This document shows positions 41,169 to 55,637 of a DNA stretch of 64,000 nucleotides, piece after piece. The notes beneath the pieces were generated by a model that searched no databases, was not told where the DNA came from, and worked only from the letters and a program-made list of their open reading frames with translations. A program made the translations under genes and the position numbers. This stretch comes from Chrysomallon squamiferum (taxonomy: Eukaryota > Animalia > Mollusca), in NCBI GenBank assembly GCA_012295275.1, contig CM022666.1, positions 8,370,001 through 8,434,000 on the forward strand, read 5' to 3'. Each line of letters opens with the position of its first letter. Position 1 is the first letter of the stretch.

Positions 41169-43293
41169 AGCATTTAAACGACAACAATTTAATCAGCAAA
41201 TTTCAAAGCGGCTTCAGAAGAAACAGCACAAACGACCAGATCACACGCCTGCAAACATCAATTAATCAATCTTTTCGAAAATCAAATAAAGTCATAGCAG
41301 TTTTTTAGACATTGAAAAGCATTCAACATGGTATGGGAAGGACTGTTGTTAAATTAATCAACAACAACATCAAAGGCAACATGTTCAACTTTATCAAAGA
41401 CTTTATCAACAACAGAACCATAGCAGTCAAAGTAAACGGTCACACCTCAGAGAAAACGACAATCGAAAACGGCATCCCCAAGGATCCGTGATCTCGCCCA
41501 CACTCTTCAACATCTACATCAACGACATCGTCACAGCACTCGACCAACAAGACAACGCCAGAAATCCGCCAAAGGAACCGATAAATACAGCACTCTTTGC
41601 AGACGACTGCGCCTTTGGCGGGCAGGAAGATCGACCGCAGCAATACAGAAACAAATACAAAACACTTAAACAACGTAAACGATTGGGCGTTGAAATGGGG
41701 CATAAAGATTTCTCTTTCGAAAACGACGTGCTCCTTTTCAACAAGAAATCAGACAACAGCAAGATCACACTCAACATCGACAACAACGTCATAACACAAA
41801 CAAAGACATTCAAATTTCTAGGTGTGACATTCGACAGTCAACTCAACTTCCGATACCACATACACAACATAATTGCATCCTGCAAAAACAATCAATCTTC
41901 TAAAGTTAATTTCCGGAACCAGTTGGGGAGCAAATGAGTCAACGCTGATTTTGATACACAAAGCGTATTCTCTCTAAGCTCGACTACGGAGCCACGGCTT
42001 ACTCGAATGCTCCCAAACTTTATTTAAAAACTAGATATAATTCAATCAAGTGCCCTCAGGGTGATCGGCCACCAAACACAACACCATCCGACAGCCTCCT
42101 GTCGGAATACAGCATCCAACCATTAAAATACAGAAGAAAACTGCAGCTACTAAAATACCACCTGAAAATACACACTCAACACAGACCACCCGGTCAAGGA
42201 TCTGGTCCCCGACGAACAAAGCATAGGACAACTCTTCAAATCGCATAGTCTACTACTATCGAATTTCCCGACAACAGCTAGCCAAATCGAAAGGGAAACA
42301 GGAATAGGTGAAATGCCACTGCCGGCATACCACAAAGAAAGAAAACCGACAATAAAACACCCTTCCTGATAAAAGAGAAACTGACAAAACAGAGATCCCA
42401 CCGTTCAAAAATCATTTTGGCAGCAGCAAACGACCACTACAAACAACACACGCACATCTACACTGACGGATCCAAAACCCAGACAACGGAGAGTAGGGAT
42501 TCGCCTTCTGCCTAAGATGATCACAATAAACAAACCCACATGCATACCTGGCCGTATCAGAAATTACCTTTCTGCATACACGGCCGAGCAGCCATCATCA
42601 GAGCCATGCTGTGGGTAAAACAACAACAACAAACACGTCATTTTTCGACAACGGTTCCGTGATCTCAATAATCCGGAAGTTCAAGCAGACCAGACCTGCT
42701 CAGCAAAATACAACAACTACACGAGGAAATACAACACAACAAGAAAGAACTAACCATCGAGTGGCTCCCAGCACTGTCGGCATCATCGGCAACGAACTTG
42801 TCAGACCATTACGCCAAAGAGCTACCAGCATTAAAGACAAAGACATCTGCACAGACATACATTACGAATAAACGAGTCTGTCTCCATCGCTGCCAAACAT
42901 GACAAACAATGGGAAAACGAATGGATCAACACGAAAAACAAATGGCACTTAAACATCAAACCACTGCAAAAACACCCAAAATCACACTTCGCCAACAAAC
43001 CACACAACAACAATTCAGCAGAAGCCAGAATTGGTTACTTCAACCAACCTAAACGCAATTCTATACCAACATAATCACCACATCACCCAACTGCAGTTAG
43101 GGACTTCAGAAACCATGAAATTATTTTGTTTCACTGTCCAAATTTTGCCAAGGAAAGACAAGCACTACGCAACACATTGAGGAACTAAAATCGAGTTCAC
43201 GCTCCAACACATCCTGGCACCAAAACGAAAGACAGAGAGTTAGTCCTCGCTGCAGTAACAAATTACATTCTCAAAACAAAACACAAATTATAA
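41169..43293 (+). mobile_element. Non-LTR retrotransposon (I-group-like LINE) ORF2 relic: reverse transcriptase + RNase H
   Basis: Motifs across frameshifts: AVFLDIEKAF, GIPQGSVISPTLFNIYIND, ALFADDCA, FKFLGVTFDSQLNF, IYTDGSK, WLPS.VGIIGNEL. Confidence 0.92.
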
Positions 43294-44179
43294 ACCTTTT
43301 TTTTTTTTTTTTTTGTTGACACGAAAACAAACAACAATTATATAAATCTATTGACTTGTGATTGATTGGTTGAACAGTTGATGGATCTACGGATGGATCG
43401 GCTGATTGACGAATCAATTTGAATGGCCAAATTAAATTAATAATTAAAAAAAATTAAACGTACTATACGAACCCACTTTTCAGACACTACTAACCCGGTT
43501 ATGGTGTCATATTTCACTTTTTTTTTTTATTCTTATTCCTAGTTTCAGTTTATAACATCTTTAAATTAAAATAAAATGTAAATAGTTAATAACTACATTT
43601 ATGTTCTTCTTTGTTTTAGTTGCAGGTTTTTTATAATACCTTTTAAAACACTAAAAGACCATTGGCAAAAAAAAAAAAAAACAGGTTTGGACTATGTGGA
43701 CCAGAAGGAAGCAGCCAAAAAAGAAACAGCAACAGCAGCCAAAAAGAAACAACGACAGCACAAGAGCAGAACAACCAGGACGGCAAACAACACGGACCCG
43801 GTGATGGCTAAGAGATTGTGCCGGAGATCACGGGGGCGAATTATGGCTGCGAAACATCCGTACCGACCGTTACGATCCGATATGTTGGACACTCCCTTGT
43901 GTTCTGCAATCGTGGCGAGAACCCATTCTTTTCCCTACCTTAAAATTTTTCTGCGACGGACACGCCCTGCTGACCTGTCAGAAAGCGTGCTCTGTCGCAG
44001 ACGTGCTTCACAACAGCTTGCTCTGATTAGCACGTTAATTTTTCCCATTCCTATTCCACACGCGCTTTACTATAACTTTAAAATTACAGGTAGTGGAAGT
44101 TATAGTAGAATATAGAGGAGCATGTAGATTTCCTGAAAGGTACTTTTTTTATTATTTATTTATTAATTAATTAATTAAT

Positions 44180-44210
<31 letters not shown>

Positions 44211-44308
44211 TTTTAAATTATTGTTAAAATTTTATATATTGGAAATATATAATACATTTTATCATCTATAGTAATAAATCGATCATTTTTATACATAATT
44301 CATTTATG

Positions 44309-44373
<65 letters not shown>

Positions 44374-44390
44374 AGGAAGAGAGAGAGGGG

Positions 44391-44463
<73 letters not shown>

Positions 44464-44729
44464 GAAAGGACGAGAAAGAGAGGAAAAGAGTGAAAAAGAT
44501 GAATACAAATAAATACAACAGTTTTTTTTTGTTTTGTTTTTGTTGTTGTTGTTGTTTTTGTTTTTTTCAGAGTTGAACGACAAAAATATATACTAAAAAA
44601 ACAACTTTAAAATAAATACTTTTTTTCTTTTTTCTTTAATGTGTCTGAGTGTGTATTATTAGTAGTAGTAGTAGTGGGCATTAGTATTTATCATTATATT
44701 ATTATTTTATTTATTATTATTTAATATTA

Positions 44730-44787
<58 letters not shown>

Positions 44788-46066
44788 TTCAGAAATGATG
44801 ATGGTGATAATGATAACAATAATCATGATAATATCAACAACAACGATGATGACGACAATAATGACAATAATGATAATGTTATTGTTCTTTTTGTTAATAT
44901 TTTGTAATTATTCTTCTTATTATTATTATTTTTCTAATAGTAATAATAAAAAATAACTTGTGTTATATTTATATACATAGTTTCTGATGGAATAGTAACG
45001 TCATGATAAAACAGTTATCTCTTGGAATAAAATAAATAAATAAGTAAGTAATGAATTTATTCATCTTTTAAAATAAATAAATAGATAAGTTATGAAATTA
45101 ATCATCTGATTCATTTAAAATAAATAAAACTAACTGGACTAAACAGTTTATCACAACTGAAGGGACATAACTCGTGAAATCATTGTTTCTAAATTAATCG
45201 CTAGTTTTAAATTGTTTGAATGTACCACAGGTATATAACTATGTATGTATGTGCAAAAGTAGGTATACAGTTATGAAAAATAGAAAACATTTATTATTCA
45301 AAACAAAAAAGCTAATATAAAATACATGCATTTTATTAATTTAAATAAAATATGGTTAATGACACTCAACATAAGAAAAATGAGTCCAACTAATTTAATG
45401 TGTACTAAATTCACTGATGTGATACTACTGTAGACCTACTTTTTCAACCCCCTGTATATATAGATGTGTGTTTGTGTGTGTATATCTTTTATATTTATAT
45501 ATATATAAATGTGTGTACATATATATATAAAATAAATAAATATACATATAAATGTGTGTGTGATTATTTGTACTCAGTGTATTTAATGTTTCAGAAAAAA
45601 AAAACGACAGATGCTTGGCGCCTGTTATGTAGTAATATTAAATAAATAAATAAATAAGTAAAAACTAGGAGAAAACCTTTTTTCGAACCAGTTGTTAGGT
45701 CTTTTATTTATGTTTTTTTAAAAGAAATTTTAGCCTTCTTGCTTTTTTGTACTCAGTGTGTTTAATGTTTCACAAGAAAACGACAGCCGCTTGGCGTTCT
45801 TTTATGTAGTAATAGTTCACATAACAGGCAAGTGAAAAAAGCCGAGGAATAATTGTACAGCAAAATGAACTGTGTGATATCAAATAAACACCTGACATTT
45901 TCAAGTGTGAAAGTCACTTCTTGATCTCCCACGTTACGATGCATGGTTCTCGACTGACATCAGAAAATATAGTGTTTCTCTTTTTTCTATAGTTCTTTCT
46001 AGTTTACCATTTCAATAGTTGGCTTTCCATTCATGCTCATTATCATTGTCTTTTTATTTATTTATT

Positions 46067-46117
<51 letters not shown>

Positions 46118-47398
46118 AAACCCGGATGACTTGTCGCTAAAAGGTTTAGTCACGTGATATCTGAATCTAGGGCAGTAGGCTGCTTGCGGGAGTGACGTCA
46201 CGATCCGATTTGAGGATAGCGTTCATAATCTCTAAAAAGGTACGTGTTTTATTTTTATTTCTTGTAATCAAAACCAATTTTAAAAACAAATTTTTAAAAA
46301 CAAAAATATTTCAGGCATCGGTTATTGTATGAAAACGATCGATTAGGTAAATATATTTGAATTTTGCGTTAGAATTAATTATACTTTGTCAGATTTTCGT
46401 CGGCTATTCTAACAAAGAGCCTACACTGTTGTTAGTTGCGGTAGTTGCATTTGTAACGATTGTAGAAGAAACAATTGTTGCTGTAGCAGCAGTCCTGACG
46501 ATTATGCAAATGAGATAGTCACGGTAACGAGAAAGATACATGTATACATAAATTCTATATTTATATACTGTGATAATAAAGTATGGCACAGTAGTTCACA
46601 ACTATCAAACACACAATAATACAGCAGGTAATATTTATATATATATATTTTGTATTTACTATAATAATTGTATAGGGTAATCGTATTTTTGTATTACCGT
46701 AATTTTAATTATATTTATGTGTCTAAATTCCTCTATTAATAAAGACTAAGGAAGTAAATAAGTAAGAACGAGAAAGAGACGAGAGGAAAAATCAAAAAAG
46801 AAGGAAGAATAAAGAAAAGAATATTTCCTGGTTTTATTCCGAGAAACTTACAAACTGAAACTCGCCAGTAGTTCATGACTGAATGAAACAAATTATCTTT
46901 ATTTAATCTTTATTTATTTATTTACTTATTTGACGTTTATTTATTTATGTATTCATTAATTTTGTTTAATATTTAATTATTCAACTTGTTTAAAATCAAC
47001 GATCCGAGCTTTAAAAATTGTCTACTTAAATTCATTTGTATAGGTGAAGTGAGCTTTTGATTTTGTCTACTTAAACCATTAGTTCATATCATTCTTTTAT
47101 TAGCAAATTAATCTTTGAAAACTTTAAAAACGAAACTGGAAATGTTCTTTAGTAGAAAAATGAAAGTAAATAATTAGTACATATATAGTACTAGTACAAC
47201 AAAAATAAATAAATCAATCTAATAATAGTAATTACAATAATAAATCAGAATTATTGAAATAAAAGATAATTTCTGTGTGTGTTTATATGGGTGCGAGTGT
47301 GCGAGCGCGAATGTTACACATTCAGTTTTGTCCAAGTTTTAATTTTGTTTTTTCAGTGTATTTTATTTTGCTGCGACTGATGCCACCGTATGAGAAAA

Positions 47399-50300
47399 AT
47401 GTCGTCAGCTTATTCTGGCCTGACCTTTGACAGGGAAACCAAACATCACTACGACCTCGTCAAACTGATTTCGCAGAAGAAACGAAGTTCCTCTTTCGGT
47501 TTAAAGCGTCGCTTCTTTCCAGTTTACCTGTGTATAATCATCAGTTTCCTTGCCCTCTCGCTTTCGCTTTTTGGTTTTATCAAGGACTATTGCTTTAAAA
47601 ATGCACGCACACCTGCACGGATGCAACAGATGATTAATGAGGTGAGTTGGGATTTGCTAACTGGGTATAGATCATTGTAGGTACATAACTGTATTCGCTG
47701 CTAGTTCTAGTATTGGTATCATTACAACTGATCCTACTACTGCTACTACTTAAAAGGAGCTACCGTGCCACAGCAAACACTACTGTAGTACTACTACTGC
47801 TGATACAACAATGCTCATTACTGCTGCAACAACTGTTAATTACATGTGAAAATGTACGATGTTGGGTATCAGACTTCAAACAAACCAACAAAAAGAAAGA
47901 AAAAAAATAATGACAACAAATAATGAAAGAAAGAGAAAACAAAAAGGAAAGTCCTATTCAGAAAGATATACATCTAAAAAGTAAAGAAAGAGAAACACAG
48001 GCACCTAAGTTATATTGCACTGACCAAGGAATAACACTTCAGAAAAAAAAGAAAAATTGTTATGGATTTTACACATTTAGAAGAAAAAACATTGACAATT
48101 TAATTTAAATAAATTTTGGGATTTGTCTTACTGGTCAGTAAAGAGTAAAAAAAAACCTAAATACAAAATCCCTCCAGATTCCCTCAGATCTCCAAAATGG
48201 CTCATGAAGTTATGTGTACCAGTGAATGAAATCAAATGCATATTTGTTATTGATATTAGAAATTTTGACTGATAAAATTATTGTGAATTTCTTTTCAACG
48301 AATATATCAAGATGCTATGACGAACTTTGATCTGTATGAATTTGATCAAATATGACACTTAAATGCTCTTTGATAGTCGACTCATGAATAATTAATTATG
48401 ACTTTCTTTCCCAAAACATGTGAATATCTATCAGATTTAATGCTCAATTTTATTTTTCCAGGTTTTCATCACTGATTAAATAAATATTTATTGATTTATA
48501 TTATTTATTTTTATTTGCTGTTGATGAAATTTTGTTGTTCTTTGTTCATTTTTCCTCACATAAGAAACCCTCCCCAAAAAAAGAGAAAGAACAAAACTTG
48601 TATCAGCTTGTTTTGCTGTGTGTATGCGTGTATGAACACATTAATACTGTTGATTCAAGGATAAAGCATGTGTTTAATATTTTGTTTATTGCTGTTATTT
48701 TATGTGTTATATTTTTTGACATAAAAAATATTTTTATCAGTTTCATTTTCTATTATCTCAAATGTTGTCTTTTTCTTCTTCTTTCTTTCTTTTTTCTTGA
48801 TATATATATAAAAAATATTTTTATGAGTTTTTTATTTTATATTATCTGAAATGTTGTTCTTTTTTTTTTTCTATATAATTTTTTTTAATTGATTTTCTTT
48901 TTCGCTTTAGGCTTTTAACAAAAGAATCACACAACTGGATGATAAAGGTATCTATCTTTGTTGCTGATTTCTACACTTGTAATAGAGTAGGGTTCTGGTA
49001 ATTTCGTTGTTAATGTTTAATTTTAAATCTATTTGTCCTTTTAAATACTAAACACTAAATAGCTATGCCTGAAGTTTATGTAAAGAAATATTGGAAAAAA
49101 AAACAAAAAAGAAAACAAATTAAACAAACAAAAAAAAATAAATTGAGAAGAAGATGAAAAGTAGCAGTAGAAAAAAAAAGAAGAAAGAAAACATTATAAA
49201 ATTATCTATTTAGTTATATGTTTGTTTGTTTGTTTGTTTGTTTGTTTGTTTGTTTGTTTGTTTACTGGTTTGTTTGTTCATTCATTGATTGATTCACTCA
49301 ACAACAGAAGTACTGAAAGACATAAATCTATTTGTCCTTTTAAATACTAAACACTAAATAGCTATGCCTGAAGTTTATGTAAAGAAATATTGGAAAAAAA
49401 AGAACAAAAAGAAAACAAATTAAACAAACAAAAAAAATAAATTGAGAAGAAGATGAAAAAGTAGCAGTAAAAAAAAGAAGAAAGAAAACATTATAAAATT
49501 ATCTATTTAGTTATATGTTTGTTTGTTTGTTTGTTTGTTTACTGGTTTGTTTGTTCATTCATTGATTGATTCACTCAACAACAGAAGTACTGAAAGACAT
49601 AAATCTATTTGTCCTTTTAAATACTAAACACTAAATAGCTATGCCTGAAGTTTATGTAAAGAAATATTGGAAAAAAAAGAACAAAAAAGAAAACAAATTA
49701 AACAAACAAAAAAAATAAATTGAGAAGAAGATGAAAAAGTAGCAGTAGAAAAAAAAGAAGAAAGAAAACATTATAAAATTATCTATTTAGTTATATGTTT
49801 GTTTGTTTGTTTGTTTGTTTGTTTGTTTGTTTACTGGTTTGTTTGTTCATTCATTGATTGATTCACTCAACAACAGAAGTACTGAAAGACATAAATCTAT
49901 TTGTCCTTTTAAATACTAAACACTAAATAGCTATGCCTGAAGTTTATGTAAAGAAATACTGCAAAAACAGAACAAAAAGAAAATAAAGTAAACAAAAAAA
50001 AAAAAAAAAAAAAAAAAGTAGAAGAAGAAGAAGTAGCAGTAGAAAAAAAAAGAAACAATAACATTATAAAATTATCTATTTAGTTACATTTTGTTTACTG
50101 GTTTGTTTGTTCATTCATTAATTGATTTTTTTCAACAAGAGAAGTACCGAAAAACATTTCCCAATGACTTAACAAAGTTGGATACAGATAATATCAATAT
50201 TCAACCTTTAATTCTATTGATCTCAGTACTTGTTTAAATTTTTCTGAACAAGCCTGCGGGCGACTGATGTGCCCGCGGTTCCCGTGTTGGGAATCCCTCA

Positions 50301-51536
50301 CCTAGATAACAGATTAACAGTCCATTGCATGGGAGTTTGTTAGTAACACTGGCATGTTTTCAAAACATACCTCGTACACAATAAACCTTTGTTTATATAT
50401 ATCTCCCAGTAGTCATATCGTCAGTAGTCATACCATTTGGAAAGCAGTCAACTAGTCTTGACTGGCTCTCACTGCTCAGTGTTGTAATCACAACTCCGGT
50501 GGGCATCATGTGTTCATGTTACTCCAGTTATACGGAGATGTTGCTCTTAAAAAGGAGAAGGAGTTTGAAGGAGACATGTTTTGATATAGCAACGGATGTC
50601 ATGTTGTGACTGCTGATGGCCACCCTTTCCTGTTGACTATTGACGCAGATAAGACAACACTGATCAACAGCTTCGTGCTTTGCAGTCGCCCGACACGATC
50701 TACTCGGACGGCACCTTTTCTTCATTTCCTGATCTCTGGGATCATGCCAGGACCGGTTCATCCACATACGCGCTAGTACACGCCTTGCTGCCCCCCACAC
50801 AGATAGCCACCTACTGCAGACTGTTCAGTCAACTCAACACAAAGTTCAGGCACGACTCAACCTAACTCTTGACCCTGCAGGGCTGCCAGACTAACTCTTC
50901 TACCACAAGATAAAATTCAGGACGCATGGATTGAAACCATGGAGCTGACACCAAATGTTTCTCGTTCATTGACCGGATTGATGATGATGCTCGCTTCCCC
51001 CTGACGGTCTGGAACCACCATGAGACCAATGGGCCACGCACGAACAACAATCTGGAAGGATTCCACAGCCGGCTCAACAAAGCAATGCCCCACTACCACC
51101 CGAACATCTGTCCACTTGTGGACATTAAGAAGATCGAGTGTGCAGGAGAACCAAGATTTCCCAGGTTTACTTTGGACCTGTTCTTCCATCCCGCAAACGG
51201 GTGTACACAGAGATGGAAAACAGACTCAAACATCAATTGCAGCAGAGAGTCAAAACGGTCCTTCAGTTCTTAGATGCTGTAGGCTATCAACTGAAACTTA
51301 AGTGATGAAATTATCTGGATGAAATAAAATGTATAAATAATTATAAGCCTTTGTTTCATTTATTTATTGCCGGTAGACATACAATATACAACAATGTAGA
51401 ATCATACCATTTTTATACGAGTAAAGGGCAGAGGATTAAGTGTGCACCAAACCTCGACCTGTGTTATTATAAACTGTATGAAAATATGACTGATGGGAGG
51501 TAGTCATATATATTATAGTTGTTGTTGTTGTTGTTG

Positions 51537-51592
<56 letters not shown>

Positions 51593-51638
51593 TTTACATC
51601 ATATACTATTACCGATATCATACACTATCATCTCTGTG

Positions 51639-51679
<41 letters not shown>

Positions 51680-52192
51680 GAATAACATATTTGATAACAT
51701 AATGTCATACCCTATACTATACCAAACCATGTTAACACACCATATAATCTAATATTCTTCTCTTTTTTTCTTTCAGGTGAACAACAGAAACAGATCAATC
51801 CTTGGATAAAAAGTAAACCTCTCAGCGTCCTCAAAGGAGCTGAGGTGAAGAACACTCGACTCAATATCACTGAAGCAGGTTTCTACTACATTTACAGCCA
51901 GGTTTACTTCAGAATCTTTACAAGCAACGGCATGAAGCTGCCAAACATCCTGGGTCACCAGGTTTTCCGCTACAGCATCAACGTTCCCAACGACGGAATA
52001 GAAAAGCTGCTGCAGACAGCACAGACCACCACGGAAGATAAAAATCGCAACGTCTACCTTCACAGCAGCTACGCAGGGGGGGTGTTTAAGCTTGATGACG
52101 GAGACCAGTTGTATGTAACGATATCCCATCCGTTACTTATTATTCGTGATCCTGACCTGACCTTTTTTGGGGTCATCAAATTGAATTGGTAA
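47399..52192 (+). CDS. TNF superfamily ligand, copy A (type II membrane protein; internally deleted, 231 aa if spliced as modelled; possibly pseudogene)
   Basis: Exons 47399-47641, 48911-48947 and 51777-52192 (phases 0, 1). TM segment VYLCIIISFLALSLSLFGF. TNF-domain motifs W...LNITEAGFYYIYSQVYF, SSYAGGVFKLDDGDQLYV and TFFGVIKL. It lacks the Cys-rich stalk and the strand-A exon present in copy B. Confidence 0.8.
50620..51303 (+). mobile_element. MULE transposase fragment in a TNF copy A intron
   Basis: IYSDGTFSSFPDLW...YALVHALLP...TYCRLF and WNH...RTNNNLEGFHSRLNKAMPHYHPNI; frameshifted and internally deleted. Confidence 0.85.
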
Positions 52193-52496
52193 ACCATTAA
52201 ATAAATAAGTAAATATTTAAATAAGTAAATAAGTAAATAAATAATAAATAATAGTAAAAATGATATTAAGACTTCCAAAACCTCATCAAGAAAATTATAG
52301 AGCTACTTTAACTGGGAAATAATGCCACATTTATAAGGTCAAGGTCGTCCAGCAGTGAAATGATTGGTGTAACAGTTCAAGCGTAAAGAGCTGTTTGCAG
52401 TGTTTTGTTGTTTTTTCCGCTTGTCGACGTTACAAGTTTTGTGTTGTAATTTATATTTTATTAAATTTAAATTTATATTTTTTAAATAAAAAATTG

Positions 52497-52548
<52 letters not shown>

Positions 52549-52645
52549 TTAAAAATAGACAATTTCGGTATGAGGCATAGGCCTAATTTATATTTTATTT
52601 AGTTTACATTTATATTTTTTAAATAAAAAATTGTATAATAATAAC

Positions 52646-52703
<58 letters not shown>

Positions 52704-52945
52704 TTAAAAATCGTCAATTTCGGTGTGAGGCAGAGGCCTATCTAGTTGCGGCCATGGTTGTCGTTTCATTTTGTTGTTTTCATCACGGAATTTATTCTGA
52801 GAAAACCTTGCCAGTCTGCGAACCGCTGTTGATCGATATTTTGAAATACGTTGGTTGTCACGTGGTTGGTTACTGTTACCCTAATAGTTAAATGTCGCAG
52901 CCCGGGTAAATAAATAGCTGGAGTTGAGTTGGTCGTCAGATTCAC

Positions 52946-52977
<32 letters not shown>

Positions 52978-53030
52978 TAGAATTTTTTTTAACTCGTTTC
53001 TGGCAGATTAGGATAGTTAAATTAATTTAA

Positions 53031-53063
<33 letters not shown>

Positions 53064-53594
53064 TTATTCAAAAATATAAATGCTAGTAATGAAAAAAGAC
53101 ATTGTAATAAAGGAAATTTTAATGTGTCAAAGTTGTTTCAGATATTCACCTGTTTCAGATATTATCCTTGTCTGTGTTGATTTATGTATTCTGATCGTAG
53201 ATAAACAGTGTCACATATATTTTAAGTTCTCTTGATGTATACTACTTTATGTGGAGTGGTAATTTTAACGTTTTATTGTTGTAAATGTCAGTACTGTCAT
53301 AGAAAATAGATACAAAACCATACCCAAGCCCAGTCTAAAATATTTTAACTTCTTTTTCAATATTATAGAAGCATGGCGAAAATAGATAGGGTAATCTATG
53401 AATACTTTTTCATTAAGTAAATTTCTTTTACGTATATACACTACAGATATTTTATTATATATTTATAACCTTCAGACTATCTAGTTTCTATATATAAAAT
53501 AGAGAAAAGATAAAATAACAACAAATATTAACTAAATATGCGTAATAATTATAATCTTTATAAACTATAATATACATCTACATACACACACACA

Positions 53595-53631
<37 letters not shown>

Positions 53632-54043
53632 ACAGGAAAATAAATTATTCTTTTTATCTTCAGTGCAGGGACATATCTAATCACCTCTGCAGGGAAGTAT
53701 CCATATATTTTATTACCTTATTGCACTATTTACTATTTTTATGTGTTATATTTCTAATTTACTTTTGTGCAGTATTGGAATTTTTATATGAAATTAAGAA
53801 AAAAATATATATATATATTAATAATAATAAAAAATATATATAAACAGACAAAATGAAATTAGAATAAAAATAAAAATAAACAGAAAAAAAATAATAAAAA
53901 TAATAAAAAATGTTAATTGTTATTACTTTAGTTCATGATTCAAATCATAATTTTTCTCGTTATGAAAACATTTTCACAAAACAAGAAAAACAATTAAATT
54001 AAAAAATAAATTAAAAAAATTAATAATCAATAAATAAATAAAA

Positions 54044-54097
<54 letters not shown>

Positions 54098-54306
54098 TAT
54101 TTATTTTATATCCGTTTTAAGAACACCATGACATTTAATATAACGCAACAAATGTGACTTTGAGAGGCGAGGTTAAAACTACACGCATGAAAAACGCTAT
54201 CAATACAACGCAGGTGTTCGTATTTGTTTGCTAGAAACGTGACCTGGACTTCGTTCAAAATTTTATTTCATATTGAAATGTGCTGTGTTGTTGTCAGATA
54301 ATACCT

Positions 54307-55505
54307 GGGTTTTTCCTTGGCAAGTCAAAAGATCAGTTACGTAAGATACCTGTACAGGTAAGGGGATTTTCCAGGTGTAATAAACTTGCAAGGGATGATC
54401 ACATTAAAAAGTGATGCCTCTTTGATGCGATACTAGAAGCTATCGAACAAGTATTCCTTGTTTCAGTTTTCTTTTTTTTTAAATTAAAGTTGCTTTAATC
54501 AACTGGTTTTTAAATGTATCTGTAAAAATGTATTTTTAATATAACCATGCAGATATATCAATCGGGTAAAAAAAGCTCTGTTGTGAAATGCCCCATAGTT
54601 TTTGTTTTTATTCCTTGTAAATTATTTTTTGTAAATCATGTTTTGTAAACTGTACCATTGACAGTAAAATTAAAGTAAAAATAAAGAATAAAAAACAAAA
54701 AAATTTACCTGGTTTTGATTATGTTGTTCTGTATTAAATTCTGCATATGCTGATTATATTGATTTATAATGCTTTTAAATGTTGCTGAAAAAGACGGAAT
54801 TTTCCGACATTGTTTTCGTTCTCTTGATATAACTGACATCTTCTAACTTGCATAGATTGTTTTTAATATAAGAAATTGTCACTGAAACGTTTGACACAGT
54901 AAAAACAGTTTAGAGTTTTGCAATAATAGTTGTTGTTTTTTTGTTAAGAAAAGATTGCTAATAATCATAATAAAAAATGAGGTATGACTAACACGGTTTC
55001 ATACGAGTACAGCTTTTCAAATTCGTCTGGGACACGTGACTAGGCGGTGTCGTTTTCGAAGAAACGCAAACGAGTCATAATAATAAATATGAATCCTAGG
55101 AAAAGACATTTTCTCGAACCCGTTGTTAGGTCTTTTATTTATGTTTTTAAAAGAAATTTTAGCCTTCTTGCTTTTTTGTACTCAGTGTGTTTAATGTTTC
55201 ACAAGAAAACGACAGCCGCTTGGCGTTCTGTTATGTAGTAATAGTTCACATAACAAGCAAGTGAAAAGCCGAGGAATAATTGTACAGCAAAATGAACTAT
55301 GTGATATCAAATAAAAACTACGTCATTTTCAAGCGTGAAAGTCACTTCTTGATCTCTCTCACGTTACGATGCATACTTTCTGTGTTAACAACAGACAAAA
55401 TCCAGTGTCTCTGGGTTTTTCCATTGTTCTGTATATTTTGATACTTTTATTTCTTAGTCTTGTTCGAGGGGAAAGTGAAAGTTAAAATTTCCAAATATTT
55501 TGCCG

Positions 55506-55555
<50 letters not shown>

Positions 55556-55593
55556 AATTATTATTATTTTATTTATTTATTTATTTATTATTA

Positions 55594-55637
<44 letters not shown>

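Noticed and set aside
43740-44050. GC-richer island after the LINE with possible stems (ACGGA/TCCGT, GTGAT/ATCAC) and CGAAAC, suggesting a hammerhead ribozyme; also ORF 43687-44115
   Set aside because: The CUGANGA core is not present (CCGGTGA) and stem III is unconvincing. Probably LINE 3' or other repeat sequence; an Infernal/Rfam scan would settle it.
47380-47401. Frameshift after the first ATG of TNF copy A as proof of pseudogenisation
   Set aside because: It is one extra A in a homopolymer upstream of the shared MSSAY start, so either harmless or a sequencing error.
52940-52985. (ATTT)n downstream of TNF copy A as an AU-rich element
   Set aside because: Identical microsatellites occur throughout the window and the 3' UTR extent is unknown.
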